Shown piece after piece: positions 52,542 to 63,121 of a DNA stretch of 64,000 nt; within the stretch, counting starts at the first letter, position 1; every line of letters begins with the position of its first letter. The notes under the pieces are model-generated. The model saw only the letters and a list, made by a program, of their open reading frames with translations, made no database searches and was not told where the DNA came from. The translations under genes were made by a program, and so were the position numbers. This DNA comes from a candidate division FCPU426 bacterium (lineage in GTDB: Bacteria > Oederibacteriota > JAAXVQ01 > JAUVAV01): positions 864,001 to 928,000 of the forward strand of contig JBFLYH010000001.1 in the NCBI GenBank assembly GCA_040756875.1, given 5' to 3'.

Positions 52542-53839
52542 ATTTTCCCCTCCACCTTCGCGAGCAGGGCGCAACAGTTCAGGCCGCCGAAGCCGAAGGA
52601 ATTTTTAAGCAGGTAGCGGACCTCGTGGTCCTGGGCCTGGTTGGCGCAGACGTCGAGGTCGATTTCCGGGTCGAGCTCGTCCACGTTGATGGTGGGATGG
52701 AGCCGGTTGTGGTTCATCTGCAGCACCGCGCCGATGGTTTCCACGACGGGCGCGGACCAGCACACGTGGCCGAGCATGGATTTCGGGGCGTTGAGCTTGA
52801 GCCTGTAGGCGTGCGGCCCGAAAGCCGCCTTGATGGCCCGAATCTCCTCCAGGTCGCCCTGGGGCGTGCCCGTGGCGTGGCAATTGATGTAATCGATCTG
52901 CTCGGGCTTCACGCCGGTCGCAGCCAGGAGGTCCTTGATCAGCCGCTCCTGGCTCTCGGCCGACGGCGCCGGGAGGTGGTTGGCGTTGGCGTTGGCTTTC
53001 ACGGCCAGGACCTCGGCGTAAATGCGCGCGCCCCGCTGCCGGGCAGCCGAGAGCTCTTCCAGAATGAGCGTGCCGGCCCCGTGGGAGGGCACGAAGCCGC
53101 ACCGTTTCCGGTCAAAGGGCCGGGAAGCGGCGGCCGGGTTCTGCTGGTACTCGGGCTTGACCACCACGGAATCCAGGTACGCCATGGCGTGGATGTCCGC
53201 GGCCGTCATGTCGAAAACCGCGCCGGCGACGACCGCGCGTTCGCATTCGCCCGTCGCCACGTCCCGGAACCCCTCGCGCAGGGCGATGTTGCCGCTGGCG
53301 CAGGCCGCGCCCACGGTAAAGGCCGGACCGCGCGCGCCCAGGACCTCGGTAACCGAGGCGGCGATGTTGGGGTCCAGGGCCTCCACGCCGAAGAGCGGAT
53401 CGATGTACAGGGGTTCGGCCTTGAACTGCTCGGAATTTTTCAGGATGTACCGGGAATTGAAATTATGCCCGGCCACCAGCACGCTGGTCGCGAACGGGTC
53501 GGCCTCCAGTCCGAAGAGGCCGGCATCCAGCCAGGCGCCGAGGCTGCAGAGCAGGGTGAGGCGGTTGGAAAAGGTCGCGGTCTTGAACAGCTTGGCGGTT
53601 TTCTTGTGAATCAGGGGTGGAAGGGATCCTCCCAGGCGCTCCAAGGCCGCTTTGGCGTTATAGTCCCCCAGGTCGCCGCCGATCTTGCACTCCACCTGCG
53701 AGAGGTCCAGCGAGGTCCAGACCTTGACGCCCGAGACGCCCCGGAGCAGTTGATCGTAATACCCCGCCAGGGTGTCCCCCAGGGGATTGATGGTCGCCAT
53801 TCCGGTGATCACCACGCGTCTCTTTCCGCTCGCCGCCAC
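52538..53839 (-). CDS. Beta-ketoacyl-ACP synthase (FabF/PksF-like), active-site Cys retained
   Basis: VGAACASG, SRPFD, NCHATGT, KSMLGH, NSFGFGG. Confidence 0.9.
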   Translation of the reverse strand: MAASGKRRVVITGMATINPLGDTLAGYYDQLLRGVSGVKVWTSLDLSQVECKIGGDLGDYNAKAALERLGGSLPPLIHKKTAKLFKTATFSNRLTLLCSLGAWLDAGLFGLEADPFATSVLVAGHNFNSRYILKNSEQFKAEPLYIDPLFGVEALDPNIAASVTEVLGARGPAFTVGAACASGNIALREGFRDVATGECERAVVAGAVFDMTAADIHAMAYLDSVVVKPEYQQNPAAASRPFDRKRCGFVPSHGAGTLILEELSAARQRGARIYAEVLAVKANANANHLPAPSAESQERLIKDLLAATGVKPEQIDYINCHATGTPQGDLEEIRAIKAAFGPHAYRLKLNAPKSMLGHVCWSAPVVETIGAVLQMNHNRLHPTINVDELDPEIDLDVCANQAQDHEVRYLLKNSFGFGGLNCCALLAKVEGKI

Positions 53840-53842
53840 GGC

Positions 53843-55099
53843 TCACCCTTTGAACTTCGAGATGACGACCGAGGCGTTCTGGCCGCCGAACCCGAAACTG
53901 TTGGAGAGAAAATGGCCGACCTCGGCCTCGCGCGCCTGATTGCGCACCACGTGCAGGTGGATCTCCGGATCCTGTTCGAACTGATTGATGGTCGGGTGGA
54001 TGATGCCCTTGTCCACGGCCAGCAGGCCGGCGATGGCCTCCACGCCGCCGCCGGCGCCAACCAGGTGCCCGATCATGGACTTGGTACTGTGCACCGGAAT
54101 GTCCGGCGTGTGCTCCCGGAACACCTTGCCGATGGCGCGGCTTTCCGACAAATCGCCCAACGGCGTCGAGGTTCCGTGGGCGTTGATGAGATCGATGTCA
54201 CCGGGTTCGAGGCGCGCGCTTTCCAAGGCCAGGTTCATGGCCTCGACGGCGCCCCGCCCTTCGGGATGGGGCGCGACCAGATCGTGCGCGTCGCAGGTGA
54301 AGCCCCAGCCCGACAGTTCGCCGTAGATGCGGGCGCCCCGCCGGCGGGCGTGTTCCAATTCCTCCAGGCACAGAACCCCTGCGCCTTCTCCCAAGACAAA
54401 GCCGTCGCGGTCCTTGTCGAACGGCCGGCTGGCGGTTTCGGGCGAATCATTCCGCTCGGACAAAGCCCGGATGACTCCGAACCCCGCGAAACCCATGGTG
54501 TTCACCACCGCTTCAGCTCCGCCGGCCAGCATCGCGTCCGCCTCGCCCAGCTTGATCATCATGGCCGCGAGGCCCAGGGCGTGGTTGCTGGAAGCGCAGG
54601 CCGAATTGACCGTGAAATTAGGGCCCTGAAGTCCGTATTCCGTGGCCAGATAACCCGCCGCAGTATTGGGGATCGTTCCCACCACGTAAAATGGCGAAAC
54701 CGATTCCATGCCTTTTTGCAGGACCGTGCTCACGTTCGCAAACTGCACGCCCACCCCGGCGTCCCCGGTCCCGATGACCGCGCCAAAGCGGCGGGGGGCC
54801 CGGGCCACCTCGAGCCCCGAGTCCCTGAGCGCCTGCGCGCCCGCGATCTGGCTGAAAACAATGAAGCGGTCCAGGCGCCGGATCATCTTCGGGTGGAGAA
54901 AATAGGGGGCCAGGTCAGGCAGGTCCACTTCCCCGCCGATCCTGACCGGGAACCCGTCCAGGTCCGTGTGCCGGGCCAAGCGGATTCCGGAGCGGCCCGC
55001 AGTCAAATTCTCCCAGAATTCACCGATCGTGTGGCCGAGGGGATTGACCGTTCCCAGGCCGGTAATCACCACTCGCGTGGCATAAGGATCACGCCGCAT
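53843..55099 (-). CDS. Beta-ketoacyl-ACP synthase II (FabF-like)
   Basis: NSACASS, GFVLGEGAG, NAHGTST, KSMIGH, NSFGFGGQN. Confidence 0.93.
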   Translation of the reverse strand: MRRDPYATRVVITGLGTVNPLGHTIGEFWENLTAGRSGIRLARHTDLDGFPVRIGGEVDLPDLAPYFLHPKMIRRLDRFIVFSQIAGAQALRDSGLEVARAPRRFGAVIGTGDAGVGVQFANVSTVLQKGMESVSPFYVVGTIPNTAAGYLATEYGLQGPNFTVNSACASSNHALGLAAMMIKLGEADAMLAGGAEAVVNTMGFAGFGVIRALSERNDSPETASRPFDKDRDGFVLGEGAGVLCLEELEHARRRGARIYGELSGWGFTCDAHDLVAPHPEGRGAVEAMNLALESARLEPGDIDLINAHGTSTPLGDLSESRAIGKVFREHTPDIPVHSTKSMIGHLVGAGGGVEAIAGLLAVDKGIIHPTINQFEQDPEIHLHVVRNQAREAEVGHFLSNSFGFGGQNASVVISKFKG

Positions 55100-55419
55100 A
55101 ACGTCCTGCCCTTCTTCATCAGCTTATTGCGCGGAAGTATATTGCCTGCCGTGGGCAAACCTGTCAAGCTTTAAGCCCGGTTCAGCCCACCATCCCGCAA
55201 ACCTCCGGGAGCCGAAGCCCGGCCGAAGGTCTTGCAGAAGGATTAAGCATGGCGGCTCGCGGGTATTGCCCGCGGTCCCTTCTCTCGGAACCCAATAGCG
55301 GCGATATCCGCCGCTGGTTTCGTTCTGCTGGTGTGGTTTTTTTTAAAAAGCATAGGCGAGGAGTTCTCACCGTCTTTTAACTTTCCACCTGCGGCCCGCC
55401 TGAACCGCCGTTGCCTGGC

Positions 55420-55983
55420 TCAGTTTTTACCGGCTTTGCCGAGCAACGCCGTCCGTTTGGCGATATCCGCCGTGCCGATTGCGGCCAACCCGTTTTCCTT
55501 CGCCCGGCCGAGGGACGCCTCGAATGCCTCCGCCGTCACATGCCCTTTGGGTTCGATAAAAAGCAATCTTCCGCCGGGTTTCAACGCCTGGCCGATCTCC
55601 CTGAAAAATCTCCCGTCGTCCGGCACTTCGTGCACCACGGCGACCGCAAAAGCGAAATCGACCTTTCCCTGCAGATCCCCGATCCGCAAAGAATCCGCGG
55701 CGCACACGCGCAGTTCGATCCTGTCCGAAAGGCCCGCTTGGGCCGCACGCTTCTGCAGGCCGGCGATCATCCCGGCTTGCAGATCAACGCAAATCACCCT
55801 GCCTTGCGGACCAGCCAGGCGGGCGGCAGGCAGGCTGAAAAACCCCATGCCGCACCCAGGCTCCAGCACAGTCATTCCCGGTTTGATGTGCGCGCCCAAC
55901 AACCGCCTCGGATTGAGCGCCAGCTTCCTGAGCGGATTGACCAGCCACCATCCCATGCTTGCCGGAAAAACGCGTTCTGCCAT
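55420..55983 (-). CDS. Class I SAM-dependent methyltransferase
   Basis: VLEPGCGMGFF, VDLQ, VVHEV, LKPGGRL. Confidence 0.85.
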   Translation of the reverse strand: MAERVFPASMGWWLVNPLRKLALNPRRLLGAHIKPGMTVLEPGCGMGFFSLPAARLAGPQGRVICVDLQAGMIAGLQKRAAQAGLSDRIELRVCAADSLRIGDLQGKVDFAFAVAVVHEVPDDGRFFREIGQALKPGGRLLFIEPKGHVTAEAFEASLGRAKENGLAAIGTADIAKRTALLGKAGKN

Positions 55984-56177
55984 CGCATCCCCCTTGGCCT
56001 TTGATAACGCAACCCCTTGCCCTCAATCCCGCGTCCGAGTGTATCCATTTGCTCCACCGCGGTCAAAAACCCATTGGTCTTTATCAAATCCCGACCCTGG
56101 CATCCCTATTATAACCAACCGAAGGCAGTTTGACAGCCGCCAACTCGTCCCAGGCGGTTTTCCAAGCATTTTGGGCC

Positions 56178-56203
56178 TAAAGTATCCGGTAATTTGCCGA
56201 TGC
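56178..56203 (+). promoter_or_regulatory. Candidate sigma28 (FliA/SigD) promoter of the chemotaxis operon
   Basis: TAAA-N14-GCCGATGC about 60 bp upstream of cheA, versus consensus TAAA-N15-GCCGATAA. Confidence 0.5.
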
Positions 56204-56261
56204 TATATCCAGTTGCTCTTTTGCGGATACATATATATTAAAGCAACCGAGGTCTCCCAGC

Positions 56262-58415
56262 ATGCTTCTGGATGAACTGGCGGCCGCTATTGTCGGGTTG
56301 GATTCCAACGACCCCCAGGAATTGAAACGCATTCAATCCCTGATCGCGCAATACCGGGGCGAATCCACGCGCACGGCGGCGGAACTGAAACTCACCGATC
56401 AGGCGCAGGCCGTAGTCAGCCGGTTGCTGGCAGGTTCAGCCAAGGACCTGGACGCCGCCCTCAAGGAATTGGGAGACTGTATATCCGAATTGCAGGAACC
56501 TCCGGCCGCGGCGCCGGCGGCCCCGGCCCCCGCCACCGAAGAAACCGGGCTCGAAAACGACCCCGAAATCCTCGCCGAATTCATATCCGATGCCACGGAC
56601 CATCTGCAAAACGCCGAATCCTCCCTGTTGGCTCTGGAAGCCGATCCCAATGACCAGGAGAATCTCAACAAAGTTTTTCGCGCTTTTCATTCCACCAAAG
56701 GCACGGCCAGCTTTCTGGGATTGAACGCCATCAAAGAACTGGCCCACAACGGGGAAATGCTCCTGGATCGGGCGCGGAAAAAGGAACTGGAACTCAAGGG
56801 GCGCTATGCGGATCTGGCGCTGGAAACCGCCGACACCCTTCAGTCCATGGTTAAAACCCTGGCCCAGACAACCGGCGGCGCGTCCGCGCTTCCTGCCAAT
56901 TACGATGACCTGATGCAGCGTTTGAGCGCTCCAGCCGACGCAGCCAAAACAGCCTCCGCGCCTGCGGCAGCCCCGGCTCCGGCCCCATCTGCAACTCCGA
57001 AACCTGCGGCCGCATCCCCCGCACCCACTCCGGCTCCGGCGACTCCGGCTCCACAACCCCAGCCCGAGCCGGCTGCCCCGGCTTCGGCCGCACCCGTTTT
57101 CGAAACGCGCCCGGCCGCTTCCCCGGTCCGGACCGCAAGTGGATCCGCACCGGCCCCTGCGTCCCCACCCCCGGCGGTTCCGGCCGCCGCGGACAAGGAA
57201 GCCGCCGCGAACAGCCAATCCATGGTTCCGACCGTGCGCGTGGCCACTGACAAGCTCGACGGGCTGATCAACCGGGTGGGCGAGCTGGTGATCATCCACG
57301 CCATGATTGCCCAATACGAGGACAAGCTCGGCGTCCGCAACCAGGGATGGTCCAGCAACATCCTCCAGCTCGAGCGCATCACCCGCGAGCTGCAGGACTT
57401 GAGCATGTCCCTGCGCATGGTGCCGCTCAAGCCCACTTTCCAAAAAATGGAGCGCCTGGTCAGGGACATGGCCCGGAAATCGGGCAAGGTCATCCGTTTC
57501 GTGACCGAAGGCGAGGACACGGAAATCGACCGCAACATGGTGGAAAGCCTGAACGACCCGCTGGTGCATATGATCCGCAATGCCATCGATCACGGCATCG
57601 AACCGCCGGACAAACGCCGGGCCGCCGGCAAGCCCGATGCGGGCACCTTGATCCTGCGCGCGTACCACGGCGCCGGCAGCGTGGTGATCGAAATGCGCGA
57701 CGATGGCCAAGGTTTGAACCGTTCGAGAATCCTCGCCAAGGCCGTGGAACGCAACCTGGTGGAGCCGAACCGCGAATTGACCGACGCCGAGGTCTTCAAG
57801 CTCATCTTCATGCCCGGTTTTTCCACCGCCGAAAAAGTCACGGACATCTCCGGCCGGGGCGTGGGCTTGGACGTGGTGAAGAAAAACATCGAAGCGCTCC
57901 AAGGCCGGGTTGAAATCAACTCGGTCCCGGGCAAAAGCACGGTCTTCACCATGCGCATTCCCCTCACGCTGGCGATCATCGAGGGCATGTTGCTGCAAGT
58001 CGGGGACCGCCAATACATCCTGCCCACCCTGAGCGTCCAGAAAGCCTTCCGTCCCGCGCGCGAGGATTTGCTGACGCTGACCGAGGAAGGCGAAATGGTG
58101 AAGGCGCGGGGGCATTTGCACCCCATTTACCGCCTGCATGAACTGTTCAATGTCAACAACGCCATCCAGGATCCGGCGGAAGCGCTGTTGATTCTGGTCG
58201 AACACGAAGGCGACATCTGCGCGCTCTTGGCGGATACGCTGGTCGGGCAGCAGCAGGTGGTGATCAAATCCATGCCCGACAACCTGGGCAAGGTCGCCGG
58301 AGTTTCCGGCGCCGCCATCTTGGGCGACGGCCGGATTGGGTTGATCCTGGACGTAGGCAGCATTATGCGTTTTGCCAGGGGAAAGACGTCCCTGATTCAA
58401 TTGGCAACGGTATAA
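56262..58415 (+). CDS. cheA: Chemotaxis histidine kinase CheA
   Basis: Hpt FRAFHSTKG, Pro/Ala linker, HMIRNAIDHGIE, SGRGVGLDVV, C-terminal CheW domain. Confidence 0.97.
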   Translation: MLLDELAAAIVGLDSNDPQELKRIQSLIAQYRGESTRTAAELKLTDQAQAVVSRLLAGSAKDLDAALKELGDCISELQEPPAAAPAAPAPATEETGLENDPEILAEFISDATDHLQNAESSLLALEADPNDQENLNKVFRAFHSTKGTASFLGLNAIKELAHNGEMLLDRARKKELELKGRYADLALETADTLQSMVKTLAQTTGGASALPANYDDLMQRLSAPADAAKTASAPAAAPAPAPSATPKPAAASPAPTPAPATPAPQPQPEPAAPASAAPVFETRPAASPVRTASGSAPAPASPPPAVPAAADKEAAANSQSMVPTVRVATDKLDGLINRVGELVIIHAMIAQYEDKLGVRNQGWSSNILQLERITRELQDLSMSLRMVPLKPTFQKMERLVRDMARKSGKVIRFVTEGEDTEIDRNMVESLNDPLVHMIRNAIDHGIEPPDKRRAAGKPDAGTLILRAYHGAGSVVIEMRDDGQGLNRSRILAKAVERNLVEPNRELTDAEVFKLIFMPGFSTAEKVTDISGRGVGLDVVKKNIEALQGRVEINSVPGKSTVFTMRIPLTLAIIEGMLLQVGDRQYILPTLSVQKAFRPAREDLLTLTEEGEMVKARGHLHPIYRLHELFNVNNAIQDPAEALLILVEHEGDICALLADTLVGQQQVVIKSMPDNLGKVAGVSGAAILGDGRIGLILDVGSIMRFARGKTSLIQLATV

Positions 58416-58479
58416 GAGCCAGAGCGGCTCCGCCACTTCTTACCGCCTGCGCGTGCAGGCAAGAAAGGATGGAATCATC

Positions 58480-59007
58480 ATGACTTCCGTAGGAACGATC
58501 GCGAACCAAGCTGTTTCTTCCGCCGAATCCAAAACCCACGAGCTCGGAGGCAAATATTTGTCCTTCCGGCTGGCGGGCGAGGAATACGGCCTCGAAATCC
58601 TCAAAGTCAGGGAGATCATCGGCCTGATGGAAATCACCCCGGTCCCCTGCACGCCCTCGTTCGTGCTGGGTGTCATCAATCTCCGCGGCAAAGTGATCCC
58701 GGTCACGGACCTGCGCAGCAAATTCCGCATGGCTCCGGCGGAGCGGACCGGTCAAACCTGCATCATCGTCGTGGATATGGGGCTGCTGGAGATGGGGATC
58801 CTGGTCGACAGCGTATCAGAAGTCCGCAATATATCCAGCGAAGCGATCGAAGCGCCCCCGAATTTCGGGACCGAGGTCAAGACCGACTTCATCCTCGGCA
58901 TGGGCAAACTCGCGGATCGCGTTACCATCCTTTTGGACATCAACAAGATCCTGACATCCGAAGAAATCAACACGCTGCAACCTCTGAGCGCCAAAAAAGC
59001 CGCTTAG
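58480..59007 (+). CDS. cheW: Chemotaxis coupling protein CheW
   Basis: [24 protein letters not shown]. Confidence 0.96.
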   Translation: MTSVGTIANQAVSSAESKTHELGGKYLSFRLAGEEYGLEILKVREIIGLMEITPVPCTPSFVLGVINLRGKVIPVTDLRSKFRMAPAERTGQTCIIVVDMGLLEMGILVDSVSEVRNISSEAIEAPPNFGTEVKTDFILGMGKLADRVTILLDINKILTSEEINTLQPLSAKKAA

Positions 59008-59069
59008 GCCAGCAGCGCGAAATAAAGCGCCTATTAAAAAGGCGCCCGCGTGCATGGAGGAGGACTCCC

Positions 59070-60800
59070 ATGTTCAAAGATCTGACCTTGAAACAAAAGT
59101 TGGTGTTTTCGAGCATTTCCATGGCCGCCCTGCCGATCATCGCCCTGATGATCATCGTCCAGGTGCAGAATCACGGCGTGCTCCGCAAATCGGCCGACGT
59201 CAGCAACAAGCTCGGGATTGAGGGGCTGGACAATATCCTGCGCGTCACGACCGAAATGATCGAAATGGCCAATGCCAACGGCCTCTCCTCCCAGGTCGGC
59301 GGCGAGAGCCAGCAGGATCTCCTGTTCAACCACTTGAAAATGGTCAAAGTCGGCGAATCCGGATATATCTACATTCTTAAAGGTACAGGCGACGAACGCG
59401 GCACCTACATCCTTTCCAAAGGCCGGGAGCGCGACGGCGAGAACATCTGGAACAGCCACGACGCCGGTGGAAACTACTTCATCCGCAACATTTGCAACCG
59501 CGGCGTCCAACTCAGCCCGGGCGAATATGCGGAAGAACGCTACGCCTGGCAGAACCAGGGCGAAAGCAAAGCCCGCGTCAAAGTCGCCCGGATCGCTTAC
59601 GTGAAAAGTCTGGACTGGGTCATTGGCGTGGGGGCCTACCAGGACGAATTCGAGGAAGGCGTGCGCTTCGTGGAAAGCTATTCCCGCAACGGCATGCGGC
59701 TGATGTTCACCCTGGTCGCCGTGGCCTTGGGCCTGATCATCACGTTCTCGCTGTTCATGGCCTCATCCCTGACTTCCAAAATCACGCGGACCGCGCACGA
59801 TTTGAGCGAAGGCGCCGAGCAGACCGCTTCGGCGGCCGGGCAGGTGTCCGCGGCCAGCCAGTCGCTGGCCAACGGCGCCAACAAGCAGGCCGCCGCCGTG
59901 GAGCAAACCACCAGCAGCCTGGAGGAAATGACCTCCATGACCAAACGCAATTCTTCCAACGCCGAGGAAGCCAAAAAACTCTCCGACAGCGTGAGGGGCA
60001 AAGCCGAGGAAGGCCTCAACGCCGTCGACAAAATGTCGGCCGCGGTCACCGAAATCAAGAAGGCCTCGGACGAAACCACCAAGATCGTCAAGACCATCGA
60101 CGAAATCGCCTTCCAGACCAACCTCCTGGCCCTCAACGCCGCGGTCGAAGCCGCCCGCGCCGGAGAAGCCGGCAAGGGCTTCGCCGTCGTGGCCGAGGAA
60201 GTCCGCAATCTGGCCATGCGCAGCGCCGAGGCGGCCAAGAACACCGCCAACCTGCTGAAGGAGGCCTCGCAGAAAACCGAGGTCGGCGTCTCCATCAGCC
60301 AGAACGTCATGTCGACCTTCAAGGAAATCCACGAGGGCGCACGCAAGGTCAACGACCTGGTCACCAGCATCGCCATGGCCAACAGCGAACAGGCCCAGGG
60401 CATCGAACAGATGAGCATTTCCATGGGCCAGGTGGACAGCACCACGCAGGCCAACGCTTCCACCGCCGAAGAGGCGGCGTCCACGGCGGAAGAGCTCAAC
60501 TCCCAGGTGGAAATGCTGCGCGACATCGTGGTGGCCCTGAACGAGATCGTCGGTTCCAGGAACGGCCACGCCCCGGCCGCGGTTGTCCGCCGTCCGAGCC
60601 AGGCGCTGTCCGTGTCCGGGGCCCCTGCCGCGGCCGCCAGGCCCGCCATGGCGCCGCTGGCAGCCAGTGCAAAGAAAGCGACGGTCAAGGCCGCCGGCCC
60701 GGCCGCGCCCAAGCCGGCCGCCGGCCGCAAAACCGAACCGGCGCTGAAGCCCGAAGAGGTCATTCCCTTCGGCGACGACGAGGTGTTGGCCAAATTCTGA
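59070..60800 (+). CDS. Methyl-accepting chemotaxis protein with Cache domain
   Basis: Two TM segments, Cache-like [46 protein letters not shown]. Confidence 0.95.
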   Translation: MFKDLTLKQKLVFSSISMAALPIIALMIIVQVQNHGVLRKSADVSNKLGIEGLDNILRVTTEMIEMANANGLSSQVGGESQQDLLFNHLKMVKVGESGYIYILKGTGDERGTYILSKGRERDGENIWNSHDAGGNYFIRNICNRGVQLSPGEYAEERYAWQNQGESKARVKVARIAYVKSLDWVIGVGAYQDEFEEGVRFVESYSRNGMRLMFTLVAVALGLIITFSLFMASSLTSKITRTAHDLSEGAEQTASAAGQVSAASQSLANGANKQAAAVEQTTSSLEEMTSMTKRNSSNAEEAKKLSDSVRGKAEEGLNAVDKMSAAVTEIKKASDETTKIVKTIDEIAFQTNLLALNAAVEAARAGEAGKGFAVVAEEVRNLAMRSAEAAKNTANLLKEASQKTEVGVSISQNVMSTFKEIHEGARKVNDLVTSIAMANSEQAQGIEQMSISMGQVDSTTQANASTAEEAASTAEELNSQVEMLRDIVVALNEIVGSRNGHAPAAVVRRPSQALSVSGAPAAAARPAMAPLAASAKKATVKAAGPAAPKPAAGRKTEPALKPEEVIPFGDDEVLAKF

Positions 60801-62815
60801 GCGAACCGCCCGCAGAGGGCAGCGCGCGGGAGGGATGGATCCATGGCTTTCCAAAATATGACGCTGAGGACCAAGTTGCTGGCCATCGGGGTTTTGCTGA
60901 CTGCCCTGCCCTTGTTCGCAGTCACCTGGGTGGTGTTCGCGCAAAACCACACCATCGCCTCCACCGCGGCAACGCAGAGCATGGATCTGATGATGAAAAG
61001 CATCGATGAGCAGGTTACCAAAGTGCTGGAAATCGTCCTGACCCACCACACCAATTTGAACCAGCGGCTGCTGGCCGCCTCCGACTCCGCGGCCCTTATC
61101 CTGCAACGGGCCGGCCAGGTCCGGTTGGAACCGGAAACCGTATCCTGGACCGCCGTGGACCAGGCCAGCAAACGTTCCCAGTCGCTGGAATTGCCCAAGC
61201 TGGCCATCAACGGCCAGTGGTTGGGACAGGAAAGCGACCCGGCGCGCGAAACGCTGGTGGTCGACGAGATCAAACGGATGACCGGCGCCACGGCCACCCT
61301 CTTCCAGCGCATGAATTCCGGCGGAGACATGCTGCGCGTCGCCACCAACGTAGTCAATCCCCAAGGGCGCCGCGCCATCGGCACCTATATTTCAGCGCGC
61401 AACGCCGACGGAACCGCGAACCCCGTATTGGCGGAAGTCCTGAAAGGGCGCCCGTACGTCGGCCGGGCCATGGTCGTGGACTCCTGGTACCAGACCGCCT
61501 ACCGCCCTTTGTCGGACGAAAGCGGCCAGATCATCGGGATGCTCTACGTCGGCATTAAGCAGGAAAACGACAGCACGCTTAACCAGCAAATCGCCCAAAT
61601 CCGGATCGGCAAAACCGGGTATGTCTACGTTTTGAACGCCCAAGGCGCCAACCGGGGGCATTACGTGATTTCCAAGGATAATCAAAGGAACGGCGAAGAT
61701 CTGTGGAACACCCAGGATCAGAACGGAAAATTTTTCATCCGCGACATCTGCGAGAAAGCCACATTGCTGCCCGAGCGCGGCATCGGTGAAATCAGCTATG
61801 CCTGGAAAAACCCCGAGGACCCCAAAGCCAGGAACAAGATCGTCCATTACGCCTATTTCAAACCCTGGGACTGGGTGATCGCCTGCGGCATCTACGAGGA
61901 GGAGCTGAAGCCGATCGTAAATGAAATCAACCGCATCGCCGCTTCTTCGCGCACCATTCTCTTCTTGGTCATCCTCGCCGCAGTGGCCGGCGCGGTCGTC
62001 ATCTGGTTCCAGATCTCCGGAGGGCTGACCAGCAAGATCATTCAAAGCGCGCACGAAATTTCCCAGGGCACGGACCAGGCCGCTTCGGCGGCCGGGCAGG
62101 TGTCCGCGGCCAGCCAGTCGCTGGCCAACGGCGCCAACAAGCAGGCCGCCGCCGTGGAGCAAACCACCAGCAGCCTGGAGGAAATGACCTCCATGACCAA
62201 GCGCAATTCCTCCAACGCCGAGGAAGCCAAGAAGCTCTCCGACAGCGTGAGGGGCAAAGCCGAGGAAGGCCTCAACGCCGTCGACAAAATGTCGGCCGCG
62301 GTCACCGAAATCAAGAAGGCCTCGGACGAAACCACCAAGATCGTCAAAACCATCGACGAAATCGCCTTCCAGACCAACCTCCTGGCCCTCAACGCCGCGG
62401 TCGAAGCCGCCCGCGCCGGAGAAGCCGGCAAGGGCTTCGCCGTCGTGGCCGAGGAAGTCCGCAATCTGGCCATGCGCAGCGCCGAGGCGGCCAAGAACAC
62501 CGCCAACCTGCTGAAGGAGGCCTCGCAGAAAACCGAGGTCGGCGTCTCCATCAGCCAGAACGTCATGTCGACCTTCAAGGAAATCCACGAGGGCGCACGC
62601 AAGGTCAACGACCTGGTCACCAGCATCGCCATGGCCAACAGCGAACAGGCCCAGGGCATCGAACAGATGAGCATTTCCATGGGCCAGGTGGACAGCACCA
62701 CGCAGGCCAACGCTTCCACCGCCGAAGAGGCGGCGTCCACGGCGGAAGAGCTCAACTCCCAGGTGGAAATGCTGCGCGACATCGTGGTGGCCCTGAACGA
62801 GATCGTCGGTTCCAG
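59824..62815 (+). repeat. Near-identical ~735-bp direct repeat (59824-60559 and 62080-62815) covering both MCP signalling domains
   Basis: Offset 2256 bp; only a handful of synonymous differences seen. Confidence 0.92.
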
Positions 62816-63056
62816 CAACGGCCACACCGCGGCCGCGGCTGTCCGCCGGCCGAGCCAGGCGCCGTCCGTGTCCGCGGCCCCGCTTGCGGCCGCCAAGCCC
62901 GTTGCGGCGCCGCTGGCAGCCGGAGCGAAGAAAGCGACGGTCAAGGCGGCCGGTCCGGCCGCACCCATGACGGCCGCCGGCCGCAAAACCGAACCCTCGC
63001 TGAAGCCCGAAGAGGTCATTCCCTTCGGCGACGACGAGGTACTGGCGAAATTCTGA
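60843..63056 (+). CDS. Methyl-accepting chemotaxis protein with Cache_3/Cache_2-type fusion sensor
   Basis: TATLFQR..RVATNV..RAIGT, second Cache unit, MCP signalling domain. Confidence 0.95.
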   Translation: MAFQNMTLRTKLLAIGVLLTALPLFAVTWVVFAQNHTIASTAATQSMDLMMKSIDEQVTKVLEIVLTHHTNLNQRLLAASDSAALILQRAGQVRLEPETVSWTAVDQASKRSQSLELPKLAINGQWLGQESDPARETLVVDEIKRMTGATATLFQRMNSGGDMLRVATNVVNPQGRRAIGTYISARNADGTANPVLAEVLKGRPYVGRAMVVDSWYQTAYRPLSDESGQIIGMLYVGIKQENDSTLNQQIAQIRIGKTGYVYVLNAQGANRGHYVISKDNQRNGEDLWNTQDQNGKFFIRDICEKATLLPERGIGEISYAWKNPEDPKARNKIVHYAYFKPWDWVIACGIYEEELKPIVNEINRIAASSRTILFLVILAAVAGAVVIWFQISGGLTSKIIQSAHEISQGTDQAASAAGQVSAASQSLANGANKQAAAVEQTTSSLEEMTSMTKRNSSNAEEAKKLSDSVRGKAEEGLNAVDKMSAAVTEIKKASDETTKIVKTIDEIAFQTNLLALNAAVEAARAGEAGKGFAVVAEEVRNLAMRSAEAAKNTANLLKEASQKTEVGVSISQNVMSTFKEIHEGARKVNDLVTSIAMANSEQAQGIEQMSISMGQVDSTTQANASTAEEAASTAEELNSQVEMLRDIVVALNEIVGSSNGHTAAAAVRRPSQAPSVSAAPLAAAKPVAAPLAAGAKKATVKAAGPAAPMTAAGRKTEPSLKPEEVIPFGDDEVLAKF

Positions 63057-63121
63057 ACGAACCGCCCGCAGGGCGGCGCGTGCGATCCCAACGGATCGAC
63101 CAAACAACCGAGGTACGAGGG

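Noticed and set aside
52625-55174. 849-aa plus-strand ORF and similar long antisense ORFs over lon/clpX, serA, hppA, cheA and the MCPs
   Set aside because: Expected shadows of GC-rich coding sequence on the opposite strand.
55420-55983. Methyltransferase as part of the biosynthetic cluster
   Set aside because: Co-oriented but separated by ~320 bp and of a common stand-alone type; membership is unsupported without synteny data.
56930-57200. Low-complexity GC-rich repeats in cheA
   Set aside because: Ordinary Pro/Ala linker between the Hpt and dimerisation domains.
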